64,000 nt of DNA, taken from positions 1,888,001 through 1,952,000 of the forward strand of contig CP182352.1 of the NCBI GenBank assembly GCA_048571215.1. Direction: 5' to 3'. Position numbers and translations under genes: made by a program. The notes beneath the pieces were generated by a model, which saw nothing but the letters and a program-made list of their open reading frames with translations, was not told the DNA's origin and did no database searches. The DNA comes from Halarcobacter sp. GTDB lineage: Bacteria > Campylobacterota > Campylobacteria > Campylobacterales > Arcobacteraceae. Every line of letters starts with the position of its first letter. The stretch's first letter is position 1. Below, piece after piece: positions 19,993-30,058 of the stretch.

Positions 19993-21276
19993 CTAATTTC
20001 CAATTGCTAAAGCATATAAAACTTGGGTATTGTCTCCTACAAATTCACAAACTTCATCATCATAATAAGCTCCTATTCCACTACATCCATACCCTAAATA
20101 GTTTGAAGATATATATAGTCTATGTCCTATAATTCCAGCTTTTTGATAAAGTTCTTGGTAGTTTTTGCCCTTTGAGGTTAGAAAAAAGGTCACAGCTGAG
20201 GATGTACCTAAATCTTGTTCTAAACATAAATAGCCAGCTTTTGAAGATAAATCACCTTTTTTTAGAAGTTCTTCATTTTTGTATAGTCCTGGTTTTAACT
20301 CTTTTACTCTATTTACCACATAATATATATCAATCATTTCATCACAATCACTTGTAATTGCTTGATTTAAAACATCTAAAATAGTTTCAAACTCTTTTTT
20401 TGAAATAGCTTGTTTAGTAAACTCTCTTATAGATCTTCTTTTTAAAATAATCTCTTTTAGAAACTCTTTTTGATAATTAAAATTAGGTTTTTTATCCTCT
20501 TCTTTACAATTTTTTAAACTTAATGAGCTTTCATAAGCTTCTTGGATAAGTTCATTTGTTTCAAAATAATAAGAGCCATCTACAGTTGGCAAATCTAATT
20601 TAACCATTTGTACTTGTTTATTATTACTTTTAGCTAATCTAACTGCAACAGTAAAAAACTCTTTCTCATCAAAGTTAAATAAAATGTTTGAAGCTTTTTT
20701 ATCAAAATTATAAACTATTTCATACTCTTTATCATGTACATAAGTTGACATTTCAATTGTGCCTAAAATATGTCCAGCATCAAGTAAACAGTACCTAAAA
20801 GCTCTATTTTTATATTTCCAAGAACTTCTATAATATACAGAAGATATTAAAAATAAAAATCCATCTTGCTGTGTTTCATACCCTAATAAGGGTTCAATAC
20901 CATCATCTTTTATTTTTTGAAGTAGTGTTATAGAAGAGTTTGCAATATCAAAGTGATATATACCATCCTCTAGATTTTCATTGTTTCTACTTTGAAAATA
21001 TATTTCATTTGGATAAAGTGCCCCTGCACTTGGATTTACCCTTAGATAATACTCAACACCTGGATAAGATTTTTTTGCAGTGATTCCAGCTATATAGTAT
21101 ATAAAACTGTGGTTTTCTAAATTTACATCCAAATTTTTCTTTTCAAAACTATCTGGATAAGTTTTGAAAACTTTTGGTTGATTATCCCAATTAAGCCTAT
21201 TAGGAAAACTTCTTACAGAAAAATAAGAGTGTTTAGTTTCCATATGATATTGGTTAAACTCTTCAAAACTAGACAC
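19993..21276 (-). CDS. SagB/ThcOx-family dehydrogenase (nitroreductase fold)
   Basis: LRVNPSAGALYPNEIY; SSWKYKNRAFRYCLLDAGH; RRSIREF; GCSGIGAYYD. Confidence 0.88.
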   Translation of the reverse strand: MSSFEEFNQYHMETKHSYFSVRSFPNRLNWDNQPKVFKTYPDSFEKKNLDVNLENHSFIYYIAGITAKKSYPGVEYYLRVNPSAGALYPNEIYFQSRNNENLEDGIYHFDIANSSITLLQKIKDDGIEPLLGYETQQDGFLFLISSVYYRSSWKYKNRAFRYCLLDAGHILGTIEMSTYVHDKEYEIVYNFDKKASNILFNFDEKEFFTVAVRLAKSNNKQVQMVKLDLPTVDGSYYFETNELIQEAYESSLSLKNCKEEDKKPNFNYQKEFLKEIILKRRSIREFTKQAISKKEFETILDVLNQAITSDCDEMIDIYYVVNRVKELKPGLYKNEELLKKGDLSSKAGYLCLEQDLGTSSAVTFFLTSKGKNYQELYQKAGIIGHRLYISSNYLGYGCSGIGAYYDDEVCEFVGDNTQVLYALAIGN

Positions 21277-21289
21277 TCTTAGACCCTTT

Positions 21290-21499
21290 TTATTTTTTTG
21301 TTGTAGTTATTCCTGGTGCTTCTTGTGTTCCAACATAATCATTATAATCGTTTGTTGATCTAACATATGCAAAAATTGCTCCCACAACTAAACAAAAAAC
21401 AACAACAAGTTTTACAGTATTTCTTTTACTTTTTGATTCCTTGTCATTAAAATCATCAATTTTTTCTAAACTTGGCTCATCATTCATATTACTTTTCAT
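21290..21499 (-). CDS. Small single-TM hypothetical protein
   Basis: AGGAG RBS; 69 aa; one hydrophobic helix. Confidence 0.7.
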   Translation of the reverse strand: MKSNMNDEPSLEKIDDFNDKESKSKRNTVKLVVVFCLVVGAIFAYVRSTNDYNDYVGTQEAPGITTTKK

Positions 21500-21630
21500 T
21501 ATAAACTCCTAATTTATCTTTAAGATTTTCAACTATAACAAAACACAACTTAAAATAATAGTCATAAGTTTAACTTATGATATTTTTTAAAAATAAATTA
21601 ATATAAATTATAAACTAATATAAGTTTAAC

Positions 21631-24600
21631 TTATATTAGTGAAACCATCATTTGATTTACTGTAACAGCTATCTCTTTTATATCTTTATTCTCTTTTGTC
21701 ATAAAGGTATCAAGATTATCTCTTACTTTATAAAATGTATCTTTTTCATTATTAATATAGTTTGAAAATGCTACTTCTGGTTCCTCATTTAGTCTTTGAA
21801 AGTTCAATACTTTTTTGGTGTAATGAACAACTATAAACTCTATGAACTGTAAGACTTGATTTCTTAGTACAGTATCATTTTTTGTAACTATTTTTATTCT
21901 ATTTAAAGCTACAATAATATCTAAAATATTAAACTCATGTATCAATGAATAGAAGATAATAACTACATCTTTAAAAGAATGACTTGTATTTGTTTTTATA
22001 ACAATTGCAGGGATTGCAAACCTTAGATAATCTATAACTGAGAAGAACTCATTAAACTCATCATCTCCCTCAATTAGAACTTCTACTTTTTGTTTATGTA
22101 CTTGTGAAAGAAGTGAGAACAACTCATCTTGATGGTCTAGTATATGTGCTGAATCCAACTGATTTTTCTTTAAATATTTTACCATCCATCTTGTACTTGC
22201 ATATAAAGTATATTCAAGTCTATTGATTAGTTTATATTGTTTGTCAACATCCATAATATAATCTTGACAAGCTATTTTTCGTCTAATCTCTTTTGCCCCA
22301 AATAAACGTTTTGCAACTAGATATGATTTGATTTTTAAAATAAATCTTTCAGTTCCTAGCTTTTCATAATCAGCTACAAAAGTACACCCTTGAGAGTTAA
22401 TTATAACATCTGCCATTTTAGTTGCGATAATCTCTCTTTTTAAAGGATGATTTAAAATATCATGTTCATATGCCCCAACAAAAGATTTTGGGAAATATCT
22501 ATATAGATATTTTAGTGCAAATTGTTCATCTAATAAGCTAGAATCTAAAAGTATTTTTTTTAATAAAATTTTTGAATAAGATAAAAGTGAACATAATACT
22601 GGTCTTACTATAGAATCATTTATATCAATTATTTCATGAATATTCTCATTTTTTGGTATAAAAAATGAAGCTCTATTAAAGGCTTCTACATTGTTTTCAA
22701 GCACTTCAATTGTTCTCATAAAACTATTTAAATATTTTCTAGAAAATCTTTCATCAAGTGAGATTGCTAAAGATTGTTGATAGTTACTTTCTAATACTAA
22801 ATTTACAACTTGTTCAGTAAGAGATTTTAGTGTATTTTGTCTCTCTTCTAAATTTATCTCTTCATGACTACTAATAGAGTTTAATAAGATTTTTAAGTTT
22901 ACTTCATGGTCAGAAGTATCAACTCCACCTGCATTGTCTATACCGTCAATATTTATTTTACCACCATTTAAAGCGTACTCAATTCTTGCTTTTTGTGTAA
23001 AACCTAAGTTTCCACCCTCACTTACAATTTTTGCTTTTAAATCTTTTGCATCTACTCTTACTGATTCATTTTGTTTATCACCAATATCTAAGGAGTTTTC
23101 ATCACTAGCTTTTACATAAGTTCCCACTCCTCCATTAAACAATAAATCAACCTCCATAGTTAAAAGCATTGTACAAAGCTCTTCACCACTTACAATTTTT
23201 CTTTTTGTGTTTACAAGTTTTTTTATCTCTGGTGTTAATTCAATCTCTTTTTCACTTCTTAAAAATATACCACCACCTGCTGATATAATCTTTTTATTAT
23301 AATTTCCCCAACTACCATTTTTAGATTCAAATAATCTTTTTCTTTCCTTGAAACTTTTTTCTAAATCTGGATTTGGGTCTATAAAAATCTCTTTGTGCCC
23401 TATTGCTGCAAGTAGTTTGAACTTGTCTGATTCTATTAAACCATTACCAAACACATCACCACTCATAGAACCTATTCCCATAACAGATATACTATCTTTA
23501 TATATATCTATACCTTGTTCTATAAAAAATCTTTTTGTTGACATTAAAGAACCACGAGCTGTTATCCCTAAATCTTTATGTCCATAACCATTACTTCCAC
23601 CACTGGCAAAGGCATCACCTAACCAATAGTTTCTACTAATTGCAATCTCATTTGCAACATCACTCATAGCTGCTGTTCCCTTATCAGCTGCAACAACAAA
23701 ATATGGATCATCACCATCATAAGCAATAATATTCTTGTCTTTTACTATTTTACCATCAACCATATTGTCAACTAAATCTAGATTTGCATTTATATACATT
23801 GTATATATCTCTTTAAAATACTCTTTTGTAACTTGGGTATTATCTTTATTTATTACAAATCCACCTTTTGAACCATCTGGAATAATTATTGAGTTTTTAC
23901 CCTCTTGGGTTATCATAAGAGATTTTATCTCTTGTCTATAATCATCATGTCTATCACTCCATCTTAAACCACCCCTTGAAATGTTACTCATTCGTAGGTG
24001 TACTCCATAAAAATCTGGGTGATAAATAAAGTTTTCTAAATTTGGTTGAAGTCCTTTTAGGTTTACTCCAAATTTTTTTGTATCAATTTTAAATGAGATT
24101 GTTTCTTTTTCTAAATAATAATTAGTTCTTAACATAGAGTCTAAAAATGATAAAGTTAATTTCAAAATTCTATCATCCATTATTTGAGGTATTTGTTTAA
24201 TTTTATCCTCAATTTTTTCTGTCAATGCCTCTAGTTTTTCTTTTCTTTTTTGTTGTTTAGGATTGAACTTAATACAAAAGTATTCAACAAACATATTAGT
24301 CAAAGCATGATGAGCCACAAGTGTATTTAAAATTGCTGCACTATTGATTGTAAGAACAGCTTGGTCTAAGTACTCAACAAAAGCTCTTACTAACATCAAC
24401 TTTCTAAAATCAAAGTTTTGATTAAGTACAAGTGAAAAAACTTTTGAGTGTTCTATTGAAGAATCTTTAAGACATCTATTTATGATTTTTTCTAAATTAT
24501 TTTTTGAACTATCTAGTTTTTTTATCTCTGTTTCTTCTAAAACTCTTAAATTGAATCTTGATACATAAACAAGTTTTGAACCATTTCTTATATTATAAGT

Positions 24601-24831
24601 AACCTCATCAATAATCATAAGTCCAATATCATGTAATATTGGAGTAATAGATGAAAGATACAATTGATAAGTTGAATATATCTTTATACTTTTTGAATCA
24701 CCATTATTTTCTACAATATGAGTAACTATATTATTGTTAGAAATCTCTTCAAAAAGTTCTTTTGAAATTTCCAAGTCTTTTGGAGTCAAAAGTTGTGAAC
24801 AAATTGCATTCATATCATTTGATGTGCCCAT
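21631..24831 (-). CDS. Large NAD-specific glutamate dehydrogenase
   Basis: GVHLR..ISRGGLRWSDR; KNSIIIPDGSKGGF; YFVVAADKGTA; DAFASGGS.GY.HK.LGITARG; EGGNLGFTQ; IDNAGGVDTSDHEVN. Confidence 0.93.
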   Translation of the reverse strand: MGTSNDMNAICSQLLTPKDLEISKELFEEISNNNIVTHIVENNGDSKSIKIYSTYQLYLSSITPILHDIGLMIIDEVTYNIRNGSKLVYVSRFNLRVLEETEIKKLDSSKNNLEKIINRCLKDSSIEHSKVFSLVLNQNFDFRKLMLVRAFVEYLDQAVLTINSAAILNTLVAHHALTNMFVEYFCIKFNPKQQKRKEKLEALTEKIEDKIKQIPQIMDDRILKLTLSFLDSMLRTNYYLEKETISFKIDTKKFGVNLKGLQPNLENFIYHPDFYGVHLRMSNISRGGLRWSDRHDDYRQEIKSLMITQEGKNSIIIPDGSKGGFVINKDNTQVTKEYFKEIYTMYINANLDLVDNMVDGKIVKDKNIIAYDGDDPYFVVAADKGTAAMSDVANEIAISRNYWLGDAFASGGSNGYGHKDLGITARGSLMSTKRFFIEQGIDIYKDSISVMGIGSMSGDVFGNGLIESDKFKLLAAIGHKEIFIDPNPDLEKSFKERKRLFESKNGSWGNYNKKIISAGGGIFLRSEKEIELTPEIKKLVNTKRKIVSGEELCTMLLTMEVDLLFNGGVGTYVKASDENSLDIGDKQNESVRVDAKDLKAKIVSEGGNLGFTQKARIEYALNGGKINIDGIDNAGGVDTSDHEVNLKILLNSISSHEEINLEERQNTLKSLTEQVVNLVLESNYQQSLAISLDERFSRKYLNSFMRTIEVLENNVEAFNRASFFIPKNENIHEIIDINDSIVRPVLCSLLSYSKILLKKILLDSSLLDEQFALKYLYRYFPKSFVGAYEHDILNHPLKREIIATKMADVIINSQGCTFVADYEKLGTERFILKIKSYLVAKRLFGAKEIRRKIACQDYIMDVDKQYKLINRLEYTLYASTRWMVKYLKKNQLDSAHILDHQDELFSLLSQVHKQKVEVLIEGDDEFNEFFSVIDYLRFAIPAIVIKTNTSHSFKDVVIIFYSLIHEFNILDIIVALNRIKIVTKNDTVLRNQVLQFIEFIVVHYTKKVLNFQRLNEEPEVAFSNYINNEKDTFYKVRDNLDTFMTKENKDIKEIAVTVNQMMVSLI

Positions 24832-24920
24832 TGCATATCCTTTTTATAATAGTATTTACATAATACTACTCTTAAAAGTTTAAAGAATTGTTAAAATAAT
24901 ATACAAGAGGATAATTTATA

Positions 24921-25388
24921 TCAAATGCTAATCTTCTGCTCAGTGGCTACTAATATTTTTTTTAAAAGCTCAGGTTCAATCTCTATATCTAAGCCTCTTT
25001 TCCCACCGCTTACAAAGATTGTCTCATAATTAAATGCACTTTCATCAACAAGAGTTTTTAATCTTTTTTTCTGCCCCAAAGGTGAAATTCCACCAAGTAA
25101 GTATCCTGTGACTTTTTGAGCTTCATCTTTATTTGCCATTTGTGCTTTTTTTACTTTAAATGCATTTGCTACATCCTTAAGACTTAGTTGTTTAGATACA
25201 GGTACTACACAAACAATTAACTCTTTTGGTATTAATTCCACTAATAAAGTTTTAAATACCCTATTCTTATCAAGGTTTAGTTTAGTAACTGCTTCTTCTC
25301 CAAAGTCTGTACAAGCTGGATCATGGTCATATTTGTGTATTTTAAAATCACATTTGTTTTTTTTAAGTAATCTAATTGCTGGTGTCAT
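24921..25388 (-). CDS. ybaK: Cys-tRNA(Pro) deacylase YbaK
   Basis: MTPAIRLL; VFKTLLV; TGYLLGGISPLGQKK; VSGGKRGLDIE. Confidence 0.93.
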   Translation of the reverse strand: MTPAIRLLKKNKCDFKIHKYDHDPACTDFGEEAVTKLNLDKNRVFKTLLVELIPKELIVCVVPVSKQLSLKDVANAFKVKKAQMANKDEAQKVTGYLLGGISPLGQKKRLKTLVDESAFNYETIFVSGGKRGLDIEIEPELLKKILVATEQKISI

Positions 25389-26457
25389 CTAAGATAAACT
25401 CCTTTTTTATCATCTCTTTTCCATTTATTATAATAGAAATATGGTGTTTGCCTAAATAGTGTTTTCTTGTAGTCATATTTTTAAAACTCTGTTTTTTTAC
25501 AAATTTCTTATTTTTTGATTTTATCTCATTTTGACTTATCATAAAAACTTTTTTATTATGTGTCATATTTGACTTTAAATAATACAAACCATACTCAACC
25601 CTTACATTACCAAGTTCTTCATCTGAATTAAGTTCAAAAGAGAAATTTAAATAATCATCAACTTTTACAAGCTCATCACAAATAAAATTAGAAATATTTA
25701 CATGATGTGATTTGCCAAAAGAAAATAACTCCAATACTTCTTTATCTCCCCTTTTAAGTAAAGTTCGAGAGGCATGCTTACATATCCAATCAAGCTCTTT
25801 GGAAACTCCAAGATTGTTTTTAACAAACTCAATTACAAGTTCTGGATTATCTTTTGAGATATCATTAAGATTGTTTGCTACAGATTTTTGTACATATTTA
25901 GAAGGGTCATTTTTAAGAAGTTCAATTATCTCAAAGACTTTTGATGGATTTGCTTTAAATCTAGGAAGTGCCACAGCCCAAGGAAGTCTAGGACGACACC
26001 CTTCACTTGCAAGTCTTCTAATATGCTCATTTGAACTTTTAGCCCAAAGTTTCATTTGTTGCATAGTTTTATCTTCATATTTTAATATAAACTGTCTTAT
26101 TGCAAACTCAGAACTAGAATCAATTGTAAATACTTCTAGTGCATCCATAGAGTTCTCAAAATCATCTAATCCATAAACTTCCACAAAGTCTTGAAAAAAC
26201 ATTGCTTCAAAGCCACTAAAATCTTTTGATGCAGGTTTTAATACCTCAAGTTGCTTTTTATAAGACAAGAGTAAAAACTCATTAAGTGCAATTGCAATAT
26301 GTCTCATTCGCATCTTTAGTTCTAAAGTTTCCCAAGTGGGGTTAAATATAGAGTTTATAAAGCCATCAGTATCAAAGTTAAGGTAGTTTTCTTTTATCTT
26401 TAAACTTAGGTTTTTTATATACTCTTTAGTATATACATTTTTTAGTTGTTCTGCCAT
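25372..26457 (-). CDS. DNA alkylation repair protein (AlkC/AlkD-like HEAT-repeat glycosylase)
   Basis: SSEFAIRQF; RRLASEGCRPRLPWA; YVQKSVANNLNDISKD; TTRKHYLGKH. Confidence 0.87.
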   Translation of the reverse strand: MAEQLKNVYTKEYIKNLSLKIKENYLNFDTDGFINSIFNPTWETLELKMRMRHIAIALNEFLLLSYKKQLEVLKPASKDFSGFEAMFFQDFVEVYGLDDFENSMDALEVFTIDSSSEFAIRQFILKYEDKTMQQMKLWAKSSNEHIRRLASEGCRPRLPWAVALPRFKANPSKVFEIIELLKNDPSKYVQKSVANNLNDISKDNPELVIEFVKNNLGVSKELDWICKHASRTLLKRGDKEVLELFSFGKSHHVNISNFICDELVKVDDYLNFSFELNSDEELGNVRVEYGLYYLKSNMTHNKKVFMISQNEIKSKNKKFVKKQSFKNMTTRKHYLGKHHISIIINGKEMIKKEFILDDTSN

Positions 26458-26653
26458 CTTTTCTCTTTTTAAATTAGTTTTGATATTAAATCATTTGCAC
26501 TTATATCTATCTTATTTTAAATATAACGTAGGAAAGTTCATACTATAGAATTATTCTATTTAGTAGTATTAAGGTTTTAAGACTATATTATATAAAATAC
26601 TTGACTAATAAATAATTATACATCGAATATACAAGAGGTGTATAGAATAATCT

Positions 26654-27619
26654 CTATTTTAATGAAGAAAAATTATTAGAGTAAACTTCAAACCTATTGC
26701 GGCCATAATTCTTGGCTTTATAAAGTGCTTGATCTGCATTGTCCATTAAATTTTCAATACTAGTTTTTGTAGAAGTGATACCTATACTAACAGTTAATAA
26801 TTGATTAAACTTTGAATATGAATGTTTAATATTTAAATCAAGTATGCATTGAAGAATTTTTTTTGCAATAATTTGTGCTTTTTCTAGAGGTGTATAAGGT
26901 AGTATTACCACAATCTCTTCACCACCATAGCGTGCAACAAAATCAGTTTTTCTTGATAATACATTTTTTATTTGATTAGAGACTCTAAATAAAATAATAT
27001 CACCATTTATATGTCCATACATATCATTGTATTCTTTAAAATTATCAATATCAATTAATAAGAAAGAAAACTCTATCCCTGATCTTTTAGTGGCTTGTAA
27101 CTCTAATACAAGTCTTTCGTCATATGCTCTTCTATTTGGTATATTTGTTAATTGATCAACATAACTTAATTTAAGTAGTTTTTTATTTGATTCTTCTAAT
27201 TCAAATGTCAGTAATTGAAGGGATTTCTCATTAGCTTTAATTTTTGTAACATCTCTTGCTATCGCAATAGAACCAATAATATTATTATCTTCATCTTTCA
27301 TATTATGTGTATTCCAAGATAAGATTTTTTTAGTACCATCTTTAGAAATTATAGTTGTTTCAAAATCTATAATTTCGTCTCCCTTATTGATAATTTTAAG
27401 TGCTTTATTGTGAATTGAAGTGCGATACTCTACATCTGGATAAAGTAGTTCCCATATATTACTATTGCCAAGTACTTCTTCTTTAGTGTAACCACTTATT
27501 CTTTCTGCTGCTTTATTCCACATGAGCACATTGGCATCATTATCCAGCATATTTAACCACATAACAGTATTATTTAAGATGATTTTTTGAAATTCTTTAT
27601 CAATTAATGAATTTAACAT
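26654..27619 (-). CDS. PAS-domain diguanylate cyclase
   Basis: PAS (WNKAAERISGY); DQLTNIPNRR; DIDNFK.YND.YGH; ARYGGEEI. Confidence 0.9.
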   Translation of the reverse strand: MLNSLIDKEFQKIILNNTVMWLNMLDNDANVLMWNKAAERISGYTKEEVLGNSNIWELLYPDVEYRTSIHNKALKIINKGDEIIDFETTIISKDGTKKILSWNTHNMKDEDNNIIGSIAIARDVTKIKANEKSLQLLTFELEESNKKLLKLSYVDQLTNIPNRRAYDERLVLELQATKRSGIEFSFLLIDIDNFKEYNDMYGHINGDIILFRVSNQIKNVLSRKTDFVARYGGEEIVVILPYTPLEKAQIIAKKILQCILDLNIKHSYSKFNQLLTVSIGITSTKTSIENLMDNADQALYKAKNYGRNRFEVYSNNFSSLK

Positions 27620-27926
27620 ATATAGTATAACTCCATATACTAACTAAATATAATATAGTTGATAGTATACCATAATTGTGATTTCTTAAAACTAAACATA
27701 CAAAATATACATTTAATGCTTTTTTCTAACAATTAAACAACAAATTTTATGTGTATCATGCTGCACATTCACTTAATCTTATTGGGAATTGGATTCATGA
27801 AGTGACTAAAAAACAAATAAATAACTAGATATTAGTAATCACTTGATATCAAAATATCTAAAATTATTAAGTATAAGTAGGATAGTATATTTTATAATTA
27901 ATATTATCAAAGATTAAAATTTATGT

Positions 27927-29255
27927 GGGAGTGTTAGAAAATCTGTGTCAGTCTGATATAATAAATATTATAAGGATTGATATAGATGGAAAAGAAAAAA
28001 CAATTTGATTTTAATGAAGCTGTACAAGATTTACTTGCAGGTAAAAATATCAATGGTAAAGATGGAGTACTTGCTCCATTAGTAAAACAATTAGTTGAAG
28101 CTGCTTTAGAAGCAGAATTAGATTCTCATATAACTCAAGATGTATTTGCAGGAAATAAAAATAGAAAGAATGGTAAAAGCTCTAAAACAATAAAATCAAC
28201 AAGTGGTTCCTTTGAATTGAATACTCCAAGAGATAGAACAGGTTCTTTTGAACCACAACTTGTAAAGAAAAACCAAACAACAATGTCTAATGAAATAGAA
28301 GAAAAGATATTATCTATGTATGGCTTAGGATTAAGCTATAGAGATATTATAAAACATATTGAAGAGATATATCAAATACAATTATCAAGTGCAACAATAA
28401 GCACTATTACAGATAAAATTATAGATAAGGTAAAAGCTTGGCAAAGTAGACCTTTAGAAGCTATTTATCCATTTGTATGGCTTGATGCGATACATTATAA
28501 AATAAAAGATGGTGGGAAGTATGTGAGTAAAGCAGTTTACACAGTTTTAGGGATGGGAATTGATGGTAAAAAAGATATATTAGGATTATATTTATCCCAA
28601 AGTGAAGGAGCAAACTTCTGGCTTAGTGTTCTTACTGATTTAAATAATAGAGGATTAGAAGATATACTAATTGCATCAGTAGATGGTCTTAAAGGCTTTC
28701 CTGAAGCTATTAAAACAATATATCCAAATACCGAAGTACAACTTTGTGTTGTACATCAAATTCGTAATTCATTGAAGTATGTAGCTTCTAAAGACCAAAA
28801 AGAGTTTATGAGAGATTTAAAACTTGTTTATCAAGCAACAACAAAAGAACTTGCAGAAGATGAGCTTTTAAAACTAGATGAAAAATGGGGAAAAGATATC
28901 CCATAGTACTTCAATCTTGGCAAAATAAATGGGAGAATTTATCTTATTATTTTAAATATCCAAAAGAGATAAGAAAGATTATGTACACTACAAATATTAT
29001 TGAATCTGTACATAGGCAATTTAGAAAATTAACCAAAACAAAAGGAGCTTTCCCTAATGAGAATTCACTTTTAAAATTGTTGTATATGGGAATATTAAAT
29101 GCAAAAGTAAAATGGACTCAGCCAGTGCATAATTGGAGTTTAACAATCTCCCAACTTGCTATATTTTTCGAAGGGAGATTGGATAATTATTTAGAGTTGT
29201 AACAAGTATGGATTTGTTACTTTAGGTGACTTGACACAGATTTTTGAACGGTCTC
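27927..29255 (+). mobile_element. IS256-family insertion sequence, 1329 bp
   Basis: Imperfect 24-bp IRs GGGAGTGTTAGAAAATCTGTGTCA / TGACACAGATTTTTGAACGGTCTC; perfect 8-bp TSD ATTTATGT (27919-27926, 29256-29263). Confidence 0.93.
27986..29202 (+). pseudogene. IS256 (mutator-type) transposase split by a single-base frameshift near 28890
   Basis: PRDRTGSFEP, WLDAIH, SVDGLKGF, QLCVVHQIRN in 27986..28906; YTTNIIES, KTKGAFP in 28885..29202; one extra A in GGAAAAG rejoins the frames. Confidence 0.88.
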
Positions 29256-29294
29256 ATTTATGTTTAATTTACCTCTTCCCTCACCGGAGAAAAA

Positions 29295-30026
29295 ATGTTC
29301 TATAGGAGAAATAAAATACCACGAGTTAAATATCCACATATATATCTTGTTGTCCTAGCAATTATATGGCTTGGACTCTATCTTGATGGTTTACATCAGG
29401 CACATCAAACCTATACAACTACTATAGTGATTATGGCATTTGTATGGGTTTACTATTTTGCATCAAAGCCTATAAAACAGCTTATGCTTTTTGGTCTCAT
29501 TGTAGCTTTAATGGGAGAGATAGTTTTTGCTTTGATTTTGGGAATGTATACTTATAGACTAGATAATATTCCTATTTATGTGCCCTTTGGACATGCTCTT
29601 ATCTATGCAAGTGTTTATTATTTGGTAAAAGAGCCTTTAATTTTAAAACATAAAAAGAAAATTATTATGTTTCTTTACTATAGTATGATACTTTATTCAA
29701 CTCTTTGGCTTATTTTTGCAAATGATGTTTTAGGGTTTACTTGTATGTTAGTTATTTTGGCTGTGTTTAAACGCTATGCATATACGAAACTTTTTTTTCT
29801 ATTTATGTTTTTCTTTGTCGTTTATTTAGAGCTTTTAGGCACATATTACGGATGTTGGTCTTGGCCACCCATTTGGTTTGACAAATTTTCATTGTTTATT
29901 AGTGCAAATCCACCTAGTGGAATATCAGTTTTCTATTTTGGTTTTGATGCTGGTTGTTTATGGTTCTATAAACATTATAACAAAGAAAGATGGAGACGTA
30001 TAAGAAAACTAAGAGTTAGGGGATAA
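29295..30026 (+). CDS. Multi-pass membrane hypothetical protein
   Basis: GGAG RBS; several TM helices; YTYRLDNIPIYVPFGHA and NPPSG motifs. Confidence 0.8.
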   Translation: MFYRRNKIPRVKYPHIYLVVLAIIWLGLYLDGLHQAHQTYTTTIVIMAFVWVYYFASKPIKQLMLFGLIVALMGEIVFALILGMYTYRLDNIPIYVPFGHALIYASVYYLVKEPLILKHKKKIIMFLYYSMILYSTLWLIFANDVLGFTCMLVILAVFKRYAYTKLFFLFMFFFVVYLELLGTYYGCWSWPPIWFDKFSLFISANPPSGISVFYFGFDAGCLWFYKHYNKERWRRIRKLRVRG

Positions 30027-30040
30027 AAAGTAAGAAGAGA

Positions 30041-30058
30041 GAAGAGGATCGCCTCTTC
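30041..30058. terminator. Hairpin between convergent genes
   Basis: GAAGAGG-atcg-CCTCTTC. Confidence 0.5.

Noticed and set aside
19993..21499. SagB-like dehydrogenase plus 69-aa ORF read as an azole RiPP cluster
   Set aside because: No YcaO/E1 partner or transporter nearby; the small ORF is a TM protein without a Cys/Ser/Thr-rich core.
26521..26560. ATATAAC as a further cassette or attI-like site
   Set aside because: No palindrome, no complementary core at the other end of a gene, and poor match to the 50567/52123 motif.
27720..27830. Short open frame (..YVYHAAHSLNLIGNWIHEV..) before IS256
   Set aside because: No RBS or recognisable family; cannot be supported as a gene or relic without a search.
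28885..28906. Programmed frameshift in the IS256 transposase
   Set aside because: IS256 transposases are single-ORF and there is no slippery heptamer; mutation or sequencing error is more likely.
29231..29265. Outward TTGACA in the IS256 right end forming a hybrid promoter
   Set aside because: No credible -10 hexamer at 16-18 bp spacing.
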